Origin: Balanoglossus misakiensis
Taxonomy: Eukaryota > Animalia > Hemichordata
DNA: 64,000 nucleotides
Reading direction: 5' to 3'
Assembly: GCA_040954595.2 (NCBI GenBank)
Contig: CM082590.2
Location: 3,348,001 to 3,412,000 of the forward strand
Shown piece after piece: positions 13,831-25,958 of the stretch. Position 1 is the first letter of the stretch. Each line of letters begins with the position of its first letter. Position numbers and translations under genes: made by a program. Under the pieces are notes generated by a model that saw nothing but the letters and a program-made list of their open reading frames with translations, was not told the DNA's origin and made no database searches.

Positions 13831-14445
13831 CACAGTACGTGAAATATCCCATGATTCATTCTGATTTGTACAATTATTTACTCAGTCAAACCAGGCAAAG
13901 TTAACATGTGTAGAGAGAATTGTACACCACTAATATAAATTTTGAGATCTTACTTTTAAGGTGAATCTTATTGTCAATTACCATTTCAAATGATTTAGAA
14001 AATTATGCATTATTGAGAGAGGAGATACGAATTTTATAAAATAATCAAGCAATTGCATAGCCAGCCATACAAAAAAGTTTGGAGTAAAACAGGGTCACTT
14101 GTAAAACCTGTTTAATCAAACAAAAAGATATTGATTTTTTCTATTGACAGAACAATGGAAATTTACATGTTAACTTTCAACAGAGACTGGCCACCTCAGT
14201 TAGTCATTGCTTGTTTCCCCTAAAGTGTGACATTTGCAGTACATTGATACTTTGATTTCTATGGCTTTTAAATTTTGATTTTGAAATTTACATTCTAATT
14301 CCTCAACGTACTTTTCCTAGATAAAAATAAATAGATTTATATGTACTTCATATCATTGTTAGTATCTAAAACAGAAAAAGTTATTAAATGGGCAACCTTC
14401 GATGATACAAGTAACGGAGACTTGTGGGTAAAATATCGTACTATG
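13831..14445. mobile_element. Non-autonomous Transib-like element, 5-bp TSD
   Basis: Ends CACAGTACG... and ...CGTACTATG. TSD ttctg at 13826-13830 and 14446-14450. Removal restores FCDRRANTDKTFKFW in frame. Confidence 0.85.
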
Positions 14446-14779
14446 TTCTGTCACAAAAAATCTGAAATTCCTCTTGCAAGCCAGTAAGTTGAGCCTTAAG
14501 GTCACCATTAATTTTGTCAATATGATCAGCTTTATCTTCAGTACATTCCAAACATTTTGTGACAGCTTCTAGTAAACATTTTTGGACTGTTTCTGTATCT
14601 AAGGGACAGTGCTGGGTATTATGGGTTTCACCCCTCTGATTCAAAAAGGAATTGACAAGACATCTAAACATACGTTCCCAAATTTGTGTTGGGAAGCGAT
14701 GAGTTAGCTTGAAATTTGTACACTGAACTAGGGTTTCCGAAGTTCCCCCTTTATGATTGAACCCTGCCAGATGTTTTAA

Positions 14780-15575
14780 GATGGGTCCCTAGGATCTTTT
14801 TGCTCGTTGCTATGGGCCTTTATAGGACATTACACCCCGATTTGGACTAAGCCGTTTTCAGAGTCTAACAAGGGGCTGGTAACTAGTTGAAAATCTGCAC
14901 GATTGTGAGCGCGCGCCCCCTGACGCCATTGATATGCAAATTAGCTAGGTCAAATTTCAAAAGCCTAAGGCTTTTTATTCCGTGACCTCAAAAACGAACT
15001 TGATACGTATTCATTAGTTGCTTGAACCAGGGAAGATCGTGACGGATTTTGTTTTCGAATATTATCGTTGTATCCTACGATTTCAGCATACCCGTACCAC
15101 ATCTGAAAAAGTCATCGATTTTGGGTGTTTTTGGACGCACTCTTCCACCGGTATCGCTTCTTAGCACGACGAAAACAGAACAAAACGATCCGTCACACTG
15201 TGCGGAAGTACGTTCTCAACAAGCAGGTCAAATTTGACTGGCGTACGTGGCCTATGAAAAAAGCCTTAGGGATTTTCGTGAACGGTACAAAATCTCTGTG
15301 TACAAAACATTGGATTTTTAGCGTTCGATCCAGTTACTGTGGTTACAGGACGCGCACGCTATCGCTGACCGCTGCTTTGCCGTATTAGCGTGGCGGCCTA
15401 TGGCCGGGCGGTAGCTGCCGTAAACATACTCGGACATGGGGTGTGCACACAATCGTGCAGATTTTCAACTAGTTACCAGCCCCTTGTTAGACTCTGAAAA
15501 CGGCTTAGTCCAAATCGGGGTGTAATGTCCTATAAAGGCCCATAGCAACGAGCAAAAAGATCCCAGGGACCCATC
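14780..15575. mobile_element. Kolobok-like MITE, about 130-bp TIRs, TTAA TSD
   Basis: Near-perfect inverted repeats at 14780-14908 and 15447-15575. ttaa at 14776-14779 and 15576-15579. Removal restores KIFWDADLKHLAGF...MFRCL in frame. Confidence 0.9.
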
Positions 15576-16102
15576 TTAAGTCAGCATCCCAGAATATTTT
15601 CATGATGACTGGTTGGTAATTTTTTAGATTATGCCAGTCTCCGATAAAAGGCTGCAACCAGTCTAAATCTGCACCATACATGTCTTTTAACTTTATCAGG
15701 TGATGGAAAGTTTTCCCATCACCAACCACAACCAGGTATTTTATTCTTACACCAACTCTGAATGTAACATATACAGCTTATTGATAATGTTATGGACAGT
15801 TTCAATAGAGTCTGCGTGTTCACTTGATATGCCCAAATAAATGACATTTGAGCATTCACTGTCATTACTGTTAGCAGTTGTTGCTAATGTTGATTTAAAA
15901 TCCCCAAATACTGTTTCTATATCAGCTCTGTGCATTGTATTTTTTGTAGAGCAAAAATGAATGCGTCAGAAAACAGTTCTGACCAAGCAATGGCTTCTTC
16001 TTGTTTAATGTCAAAATCTGACAGCGAAATTGATGACTGTGGTTGATGTTGTCTCAGTAGAGGTGGTTTAATTAAATACTACATCATCATGAACAGTATC
16101 AT

Positions 16103-17816
16103 ATGATAAACCTGGGGGTTTTATGTGGGAGCAACAGCCTATAAAATCCCATGGGGTTTTCTTTGGATACGATCGACTGAAATGTCTACTTTTGAAATGG
16201 GAAAAGAAAATTGAAAGGCTTAAAAGCGTGCTCAACATCTGGTCACGACGTAAGCTGAGCCTTTATGGCAAAATTACGGTTTTAAAGTCTTTGGCACTGC
16301 CCACAATTTACTACCTTATGCTTAATCTTGGTGCTTTTGAAACGTGGCTCACGAATATCAACCGTCTTATTTTCAAATTTCTGTGGAATGACAAGCCAGA
16401 CAAAATCAAAAGGCTCACACTCATTGCCCCTTATGATTGCGGGGGACTAAACATGCCTGACATTTTTGCCATCCATGACGCCTTTTGTTCATCATGGGTT
16501 CGTAGATTATGTGACAATTCCTCTGCCAAATGGAAGGCCTTGCCACTGCATTGGCTCGGGCACTATGGTCCAGATTTTCTTATTTTTCATTTCAATTTTA
16601 GCAACATTTCCTGTTTCCCATTTCTCGAGAGAATTCCCTTTTTCTATAAACAAGTAATTTCAGCTTGGCATAGTGCAAAAGGTGGTTGCGTCACTTTCTC
16701 CAAACTCAGTAATTTAGATGTGCGTAATCAAATTATCTGGGGTAATGTCAACATTTCAGATAATGGTAAGACTCTTTTTTTCCCTGGTTGGATTCACTCA
16801 AATATTATCTATGTCCAGGACATTGTCGATACCAACGGCGATTTTCTTCCACCTACACTGTTGTTACAAAAACTCGAGAATAAGTCAAATTGGATAGTTG
16901 AATGGATGAAGTTGCGGAATCTTATTCCCAGAGAATGGAAGTCTGTGTTGAAAGGTACTCAGTTGCATCAGATGCGTAGAGAAAAGAATTTTCTTCATGT
17001 CAATGGAAAAGTTTTTGTTTTACCTAATGATCTGTCTCGCCTTACTTCAAAATTTTTTACAGTATTTTTGTGCAAAATCGTTTTATTCGTCCATATTGTG
17101 AAAATACATGGAATCGTCGTTTGACCATGACTACTCCACTACAGTGGAGAACTATATGGGTTAACCAAACGACTGGATTGTGTTGTGATAGGAAACTTGC
17201 TGAATTTAACTTTAAGATTATGCATAACATTTTGCCATGTGGCATCAATCTTTTAAGATGGAAAATTAGTAAAAATGATCTATGTTGTCTTTGAAATGTA
17301 ACTGATTCTTATGAGCATCTATTTTTAAAATGTCAACGTTTAGGGGATTTTTGGCAGCGTTTATCTGCTTTGCTCAGCAAACTTGGCATATGTCATGAGG
17401 TCGACTTAGAAACTATTATTCTTGGTTACAAAACTATGTACAGTCATCCTCTTTATAGATTTGTAAACATTGTCATTACTATTGCAAAGTATTGTGTATT
17501 CGCTTCATGGGTCCATTTACAACATGATATTAACAGCATTAGAGCAAAAACCAATTTCGATATATTTTACAGATATCTACAATTTATGCACCAAATACTC
17601 AAAAGGAATAATAATCTAGATTTCACCCATTATTGGAAGAAAATCCTTGCTTCCGTCTGAGATGTAATTATTTTGTTAAACAAATGTACCTGGTGAATCT
17701 CTTTTTATATAGTATTATTTTTTATTTATTTATTTATTTATTTATTTCATCAAAACACGATTTATCTTTATGATACATGTAAGATTAAATGAATGGAAAT
17801 AAAAAAATAAAAAAAA
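16103..17816 (+). mobile_element. 5'-truncated Tx1/L1-clade LINE (ORF2 C-terminus, zf-RVT)
   Basis: WSRRKLSLYGKITVLKSLALP, GGLNMPD, FKIMHNILP, EHLFLKC; A-rich tail; 14-bp TSD atgaacagtatcat at 16089-16102 and 17817-17830. Confidence 0.92.
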
Positions 17817-20748
17817 ATGAACAGTATCATTGAATTTTTTCTCCGTAAATGTACAGGCTTTACTCACAGGTGCACTCAAACCTGTACCAGTATTTTTTGA
17901 GATAGATCTGTCAACCATGATTTTAGTATTATTTCCACAAGGAAAATTGGCCAAAATTTTATTCATTTCAGAGTCTACTGTATTTTGTGAACAAAAGCCA
18001 CTGTTTAATTCCTGACACCGTTCAAATGAATTCTTTGCATTTTCACTCACCAGACTATCTTTTCTTTTAATTAACTGCCTGTTAAGAAGCAAATCATAAT
18101 GGCCTGGTTGACCTGGCCTGTCTAGTGTGTACAAGAGACAGACAGGCTCAGTCTTGGAGAACACATCACCATCACCTCTTGCAAATATATCATTCTGCTT
18201 GGTGTATATATGTCCTTCAAAGTATATATGATTGGCACGCATTATGTCTACTGTATCTGCTCTTAACTTGTCTGTGAATATTTTCTCTCAGTCAGCTAAA
18301 ATTGGGTCAGAAGGGAGTCCATTAAGTAGACGATCACAATTTCGTAATGCAAAATCATTTCTCACAGAGATGCTCGTGAAAAAGCACCTTCCATCACCAT
18401 AAATGTTGATTAGCTGAAAATCTTTGACAGTTGAATGTTTGTCATGACTGCCAAAAACAATATCATCAATACTGTTCAGAATTGACTTTGATTTTGGTTG
18501 GACCATTCGATAAGAAGTACCGTGGAAACCTCTGTCCTTTGGATCAGCTCTAACAGCTGCATATTTAGCTGATTTATCAATATTGTCAATGGAAGTTAAA
18601 CAAAATGCATTATTTGCAATATTTTCCTCTGTGAAATCAGCTGATGTTCTTTTGTTGATCACTCCCAACATGTATCTATGCAATGTATCTCCAGAACAAA
18701 TAATACCAAATCAATTTAGAATTTTCACTAGAGTAGATGACTTACTATAACCTTCAACAATGTCAGCCAGGTAAGTATGCAATGGGTAAGTACAATGATC
18801 AGAACAAATGAACAATAGCATACACACAAAAGAAACGCCTGAGGAATCATGCTCTACTCTCCATAGAGTGCCGGTCATAAAATCCATAGTTGTGTTTATT
18901 CCATACAAAGTTGGAGCTTTTTAATTTATTGCGTTCACTGTTGTTCAACGTTAAATATACAACAGTGTTCCATAACATAGGGTCAACCTCACTGACAATA
19001 TATTCAACATCAAGTGTACTCAGATCAACATTGTTTGTTTTGCAGTAATTACTGAATTCTTGAGATTGCTGATAAATGCTGGCATTTAATTTCACAGCCA
19101 CCAAATCAAGCATTTTGAAAAAGTCAACGTCAACTTTACTCAAGTCTCTTACTTGCTTTTCAAGCCTCTCTATCTGTTTCTCAGCTTGCACAACATACTG
19201 AGGATGTTCGACAAGTGCATTTTGGAGGGCAATAGTGAGATCTGAACCTGTTCGGTACAAAAAGGTGGAGAACTTTCTACTCACTTTTGATACAACAGAA
19301 AGCTGAATTGGAAAATACACACATAGCAATTCCCGAATAAGCCAGCTATTAGGTTTTCTGTGGAATTCCACTCGTTGTAACTTGACATTGGGTCGCAAAG
19401 TCTGATATTCATTGTCTAAACAATCATTGAAATATTGCCTGACATCAAACAATAGAATGGCATGTTTTCTGAGGAGCACTTCTCCTAAAAAGACAACAGT
19501 TTTCCAGCATGCAAAATTCACCAAGTCGTCGTCACAGCTGCATCCTTTATTGTAGCATTGTGACATATTTTTTAATTTCTTCAGCAAGTGCTATATCACT
19601 CGACATAATTAAGCCTTGTTGAATACTACACCTGGCTTTTTCCGCTAAAGCAACAAATGTTTTATAACATTTCAAACAAATCAGGCTGTCTTGAGTAAGG
19701 GCAAATGGTGTGTTAGTTTGTTGGTGAAATGTTTGCACCATTTCAAAATCAGGGATTTTAAACAAATTGTTTGCCCGTGATAAGCACGAAGTACACAAGG
19801 GATGGCTTTTTCTCATAGCAAGGATGTAGTGACGTTGACACAGTGGAAATGATGAAACATCCTTTAAAACCTGAGTTGTCTATACTCAATTTTGTACACA
19901 GTCCTCCTCGCCTGAAATCAGCTCTATAATGTCGCGTAAAAAATGGCCTATTTTGCGACCCTTCAGCGGGGCCCACTCTAACAGCTACATGGTTTGAAGT
20001 ACTTTCCCTCATTAACATATGTTAATGAGTACCGTGCGATCTGACTGTACAGACAGAATAACACACATCGAGAGATTAACAGGCAAACACTGGCTGACCC
20101 ATAAGCGGCCAATGGCATGTGTACTGTACACACAGCAAATGGTCTCTTTAACAGATAGCCAGTTATGTAAACATGCAGTTACCAATCACTGTTATTATTG
20201 ACAAATTGCATCCAAGTCCAGACACAGGCTTGAATACAATGTTTAAACAATAACAACATTGCTTACCCAGCTTCACCGAGCTGAAATGATCGTTGACAAC
20301 CAGAATAATACTGAATAAAAATTCAAAAATTACAGATACAGGACCTTTCGTTGCCCACATATTATATTACCGTGGTCTGTGCGTCGTATTTTAATTGGTC
20401 AAGATGAACGACATCACTGACCACAAATACCCAGTAATGGTTTGTTTACATGCCCGTAAATCTGAATAGTAATATTAGCAAACAGTTCAGTGAACACAAC
20501 ATTTTGCATAACACAAGTTCCGGGGCCCCAAGTCTTGTGTGTGGGACATTTTCAGAAATATTGACGGTTTTCTTGAGATTGTTGGTAATGTAATGGAAAT
20601 AAATGCAGGGCTCGGGCTCTAGCTAAGCTAAAATTAATGGGCTCGGAAGCCTCGCCCATGAATTTTTGGCTTTCCCCTCGCCCTTGCCCATAAACAAACA
20701 TTAATGGTCATGGCGTCGTGCATTATTTCTATATTGTGTTGATCTTAC

Positions 20749-20865
20749 CTGTACACTCTCCATTGACCAATCAATATTCCACAGCACAAGTGAAATAAAA
20801 AGAGCCTGCTGTATTCACACACTGGCCTTCACAAAGATCTGCTCTCTCCATATATTCATTGACAT
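20749..20865 (-). pseudogene. Calcium-binding EGF exon 2 (two Cys lost, in-frame stop)
   Basis: tttcag...gtaag. Reads DVNEYMERADLCEGQCVNTAGSFYFTCAVEY*LVNGECT, with TGA at 20771-20773. Confidence 0.85.
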
Positions 20866-21186
20866 CTGAAATCAAAGATAGTTATTATTATTTATTTATT
20901 TTATTATTATTTATTTCCTAACAAATGTAATACACATACATCTTCTACAGAAAATAATAAAATTAGAAAACAAGTGAAAGCTTAAAGGATAAAAAATTAC
21001 ACTTAAAAACCCCAAACAAACAGAAACAGTTCTGAAAGACAATCCCTATAAACCAAAAAAGCAATGGAATGAAATAGTGCTGAATAAAAAGACGAGTCTT
21101 TAAACCCCTTTGAAAACTGTCAATAGATCCAGCATTGTGGATAGAAGGTGCACAAACACTGAATCCTATTTAGCCATATGCCTTGT

Positions 21187-21400
21187 CAGTGTTCGAAATT
21201 CATAGGAAATATCAAGCAGTCATTGTTTCTTTTAATTGCAATACATGAACCTGGGAAAGTCTAAAAGATGCCATGATACCACTAGTCAACTCCCACGCTA
21301 AATTCAACCTGTCTGTCGGACTGGTAACATTTTATTTTTACCAGTCCTACAGAAAAACAACCAGTCTCGGACTGTCGGACAGGCTTTATTTCGTACACTG
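21187..21400. mobile_element. Small hAT/P-like MITE with 7-bp TSD
   Basis: cagtgttcgaaat / atttcgtacactg ends; gccttgt at 21180-21186 and 21401-21407. Confidence 0.75.
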
Positions 21401-22120
21401 GCCTTGTTAAGTTTTGAAATGCTCATTCATGGTGATGAGTTATCAAGAATATACCCGTTAAAAATTACTGTACCCTCAGAGAAGCATTTTGTAATGTCTT
21501 TAAAATGAGATGAAAACTATATGAATTTTCTAAGTGTATATTTATTCTTTGCAGAGGTAATTTATTTAGCTATAGGTTGATAATTTATGCTAATTTCATT
21601 AAATTATGCAAATAAGTAGTGAAAATACTTGTACATGAATATATCAGACAGTCTTATAGTATCGTGTGAGGTTGATGACACATATTCTTAACCACATATT
21701 TCTTGATCAATTAATTGTTTTTACACCAAAGTCCTCAATATCCATGGCGATCCCTTTCTAGGAATTTTAACACTCTCTATCATTCTCATTTTAACAAAAT
21801 CCCCTGAAACTTGTGTACCCTGTCAGCAAAACTTTGTCTGATTTTTAAAATACAGATTACTTTTTCTCCCTTGCAAACAAATTTTCAAAGATAAGTTTTC
21901 ACATTTGTTAATTTGTTTATATTATGCATAATTATAATTGGAAAAATTCTGAGATACAATTTCAACAAACATGTGTTCAGTACGAGTGTGCGGTTGATTT
22001 CAAATTTTAAAATGTGTGCAATGGACAGACAGGATGTGTGTTTAGCTGATTGTAACCGTAGCAATATACAATCCCCAAACAATGTAGCCACAGAAGATAT
22101 CAATATCCACAGTTACATAC

Positions 22121-22243
22121 CGGCACATGCATGGCCATCCTCCAGCAGATAGAATCCTGGTCTGCAAGTGCAGAGATAACTACCATGGGTATTCTGACAA
22201 TAGTGTTGACATGCATATCCACCACTGTGACATTCATTCATAT
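22121..22243 (-). pseudogene. Calcium-binding EGF exon 1 (intact, phase 1-1)
   Basis: ctccag...gtatgt, 123 nt. Reads DMNECHSGGYACQHYCQNTHGSYLCTCRPGFYLLEDGHACA, with all six Cys. Confidence 0.9.
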
Positions 22244-22833
22244 CTGGAGGGTAAGAAGAAATTAGAAATTATTTACAAGCATTGAATTCACTTTAATTCC
22301 TTGGATTAAAAATACAGAAAAAATAGCCAACAGCTACTACAGCTAACTTAGCAAAAATGTCGACAAAATTTTACAGTGACACTGGCGTACTCTGCCACTG
22401 ATATGAGGATATAAGAAAGGGAACTGGAATATTTTTTCCTCTGTATAATCAAATTAACAGTAAATGACTGCCATGGCAACATAACAGATGTTACAGTCAA
22501 ACCTGTGTTAGGTGCCACCTCTATATAGTGGCTACTCTGTTACAGTCCATATACATTGTGTTAGGTATTGGTATTTACTGTTATGTATAAATTTGCAGTG
22601 TACGAGGCTGAACGAGTGAGCATGTGCAGTTGGCAATAAAAAAACAGCATGGCTGTCTAGTTTGTACACACATGTCCTGTGTCGTCTAATCACTCTGGTA
22701 TAAGCCCACAATAATATAGCAATATATTACACATTGCACATTAAATGACCTGACTGTAGAGGCCACCTTTCTATAAAGGCCAGTTAGGAAAGTCCCCTGT
22801 CTGGCCAGTATAGACAGGTTTGACTGTACCTAC

Positions 22834-23017
22834 CTCTTTGTGGCTGTGAATCTGTACCTGGCCATCTCTCCTGTGGCTGTGAGTTGATAGAATTCACAGC
22901 AGCAATTGGTGGCATCTTACTGAACTGACTAGCATTTGCCATTTGCATGACACCCTCTGTGGCTTTCAGTGCAGCAGCTGGTGCCTGCTGGGAAGTCATC
23001 TTTGGAGGTGAAGTTGC
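22834..23017 (-). pseudogene. MED25: MED25-like low-complexity (SD1-region) exon, phase 0-1
   Basis: Splice sites present. QQAPAAALKATEGVMQMAN resembles the MED25 AAQVAAQNAVEAAK segment. Confidence 0.5.
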
Positions 23018-23443
23018 CTGTCCAAAAAGATTAACAAACCTAGTTAATATGGAGCATTATCAAGGCCAGTATTCAAAACCCCATTTTTAATTCATGACTG
23101 CAATTTTTGATTCGATGTTGAGCTTGCAACTCTCAAAGTCCTATTTTCAACACACATTTGGATGGGATTGAGTTTTAGGGCTTATCAACATTAATCACAT
23201 TAAAAATTGAATTTGATTACTGAGTCTGTGGCATTATCCAAAAAAGTCTTAGCATTTACAGAGTGGGTTTCTAGCAACCAAAACAGAAGTTTTGAATTTG
23301 TTTTGAAACAATAGTCAACTGTAAAGATAATGGTTAGACAAGGCTATGTGAAACAGTCATAAAAAGCTTTCAATTCACAGGATGGGTAACTAGAAACGGC
23401 TATTTTATTATATAATAAAGTAGAAGGTAGACCACAACTGTAC

Positions 23444-23705
23444 CTGGGTGATGAAAATTGTCTCAATGGGATAAATGAAACAGTCACATTGGGTTGTTGT
23501 GTCCTGTTTGCTGTGACAGCGGATACTGGTTGGTTGGGTAAACTGGTAGGCTGACCAAAAGGCATTGATGACCTTTGACCTTGGCCCTGCATCTGGGGCT
23601 GACTTGGTTGAGTCAATTACTGTTGAGAGGATGACAGTTGTTGTGGAGACTGACTTCCAATTTGACTTGGTTGTCCAAGTGACAGATGACTTGTTGGTGC
23701 GGCAC
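23444..23705 (-). pseudogene. MED25: P/Q/S-rich exon with in-frame stop, MED25-like by context
   Basis: ctacag acceptor and gtacag donor; TAA at 23617-23619. Confidence 0.45.
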
Positions 23706-25301
23706 CTGTAGTAAAAATATTTAGTTGATTTATTTATATACTGTAAAACGGGAAATTTCTGTGACAGGAAATGTTTGCAATATCAATAGAGACAACTGTT
23801 ATGCTACACTTAAATTTTGCTTTCTTATATTTCACTAACTGCACCAATATCCCTGAAAAACATTTTTACGTGACTTTTAATTTGCATTTTTTGGTTCTCG
23901 CGAAGTTCACAATAATTTCCTGTTTGACAGTAATTCATCTATTGCAAACAAAGAAAATATGTCTACCTAGGATAGAATGACTGGAACAGGTGCAGATCAC
24001 TAGTATACAAAGCCAGTTCCTCCAAAACAATGAGAGGTAAAGTGCTGCGCTCAAGGGCACAATATCGCGGTCATGAAGTCACCATCCTCAAAACCCACGG
24101 CCATGTCCAGGTCTGGTTCTTGAACCCACAACCCTGTGCCCTCACCACAAGGCCATGATGTCTCCTCAAACTCTCCTCAAAAGTCTCCTGCTTTAGTCTA
24201 ATCATTGTTAGAAATACTTTCTGCTTTGACCTTTTACATGAAGGATTTGATGCATACACACAGGCCAGTTGACAAGGAAAGCCTCTCAACATTGGTAAAA
24301 CTGCATAATAATGATACATTGTAATTGAATATATTTGTGAACAAAAACAATCATGGCCTTTACACTATTATCTACAACATCTAACCCTCAAACCAATCTG
24401 ATGAAAATATTTTTTGACCAAAAAATGGAGTAGAACAATTTGCATCTTTTATAGAACAGAAAAACAACAGTTCATAAAAACAATGAAAGTGTCCTTTTGA
24501 TATCCTATGGCAAAATCTTTTCTTGGTCCCATCAAAGTTATAACTGCCTTTTTTATTTGAAAATTTGACAAAAAAGCCAGAGCAAATAATAATATGTGAT
24601 GTGTAATAAATATTAATAAATATATTACTACCATTTTATGGAAGTACCCATTTAGAGTAATGAAAACTTTAACAAACCACAAAAAAGGTTTTGTACATCA
24701 CCACAATAGGATGAATTGGTTGTAAATGGCCATGTAAACATGTTGTATATTTGTCCTGTGAACTTTAGAATCTGGATTGTATGATTTCAAATATTTGCTC
24801 AGCAACAGATACCCAAGCCGTCACGCAGTTACACCCATTGGAAAATGGTATCACCCACACCAAGGTGGATGGAAGTTGGTCCTGGCGCTTTTTTTCCCAT
24901 GATTCAAATTACAGTTAAGGCCATATTATAAATTCTGCCAACTTTCCCTCGATTTTGTAAAATACCTGACGTCTTATACTTGACGAATATGTTTTTTTTC
25001 TGAAAGAGTGACCTCAAAGCTACCAAATTATGTAGAAATCAGCTGGACCGGATTTCCCCTTTGAAAACAGTAAAACACAGGTGCAAGCTTTCTTTTATTA
25101 TGGGTATGGCAGAGAAAGCTTTTGACTGCTGTCAAAATTCTCTGGCAAACACAGAAGGATTATGAAACTGAAAATGTTGATAATACAGTGAAACCTGTCA
25201 ATACAGACATCTCTCTAATCAGGACAGATTGTTCAAGACAAAAGTAATGGCTTGAATAGAATATTACATGCACATTTCTATTAAGGACACCTCTCTTTTA
25301 A

Positions 25302-25658
25302 AGGGACAAAGTCTCTCTCTCGCTGCCCTTTTTTCCATTAATAATGTTTGATACAAGACACTGTTTATGTTAATGTACATGTGTATATGTAGTGAATGAA
25401 CATTCAACCATACACAACTTCCATCCCGCGTGTATGATATGGGAGTAAAAACTCACCCAAAACGAATAAATGGTAGAGACTGATTATTCATTTTGGCGAT
25501 TTTTTTCACTCTCATGTCCACAAGCAGGATGGACTTTGTGTGTGGTTGAATATTGATTCACCATATATCCACATGTAGAAAAAACATAAATGGTGTCTTG
25601 TATCAAATATAATTAATGGAATAAGGGGCAGCGAGCGAGAGAGAGAGCCTGTATCCCT
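25302..25658. mobile_element. Kolobok-like MITE family of about 350 bp (AGGGACAAAG...CTTTGTCCCT, TTAA TSD). Other copies: 33475-33821, 43477-43743, 45667-45853, 46535-46935, 47703-48056, 48528-48871, 49675-50946 (split), 51584-51932
   Basis: Long imperfect TIRs and ttaa flanks, repeated about nine times. Confidence 0.9.
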
Positions 25659-25859
25659 TAAAGGACATGTTGTGTGATCCCAGAGGTGCCCTTACTTGGC
25701 AGGTTTCAATGTACTTCGCACATCAGTTGTACTCCACTGTCGGTATCGAATCATTTCCTGGTTGACATGGTGAGCTTTACATAAACAGATAAACCACCTC
25801 AAAAAGTGGGGCCCATAATTAGAGAATGGTCTTTAACCTCACAATTTTACCATAATTAC

Positions 25860-25958
25860 CTTGAAAATCGCAAAGTCTTCATATCGTCAAATAACTGCAA
25901 TGCAGTACTCAGACCTTCAGAAATCATACCGTATTTCTCACCTGCTCCTGACAAAAAT
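25860..25958 (-). pseudogene. MED25: MED25 VWA-domain exon (equivalent to vertebrate exon 4)
   Basis: 99-nt exon [32 protein letters not shown] matches the recalled human [30 protein letters not shown]. I did not find the neighbouring VWA exons. Confidence 0.9.

Larger units (their letters stand above)
10751..20018 (-). mobile_element. Large decayed DNA-transposon-like ORF: Zn-finger, DUF6589-like putative DDE domain, OTU-like insert, FEN1/XPG-like nuclease, CXC domain
   Basis: Collinear minus-strand motifs: CLKCYK; SIDNIDK...GFHGT; YGDGRCFF...GHYDLL; VGDGKT...FIGDWH; IRSGNWNLR...VALDEAHEMCVNK; CHEEADSR, SPDTD, TGCDY, GIGRK; EALQLHWKR; CKCYK...CGPACRCNDCSN; acidic tail. Interrupted by TSD-flanked insertions, stops and frameshifts. 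Termini not found. Confidence 0.8.

Noticed and set aside
15049-15388. ORFs inside the Kolobok-like MITE
   Set aside because: Short, with no transposase or accessory motifs.
9035-20381. CACAG termini (about 9035 and 20380) as ends of the giant element
   Set aside because: Only five bases match and the flanks give no TSD; termini remain undetermined.
2040-25958. Functional MED25 gene
   Set aside because: Most VWA exons and the ACID domain were not found, there are in-frame stops at 23617 and 2122, and splice phases mismatch.
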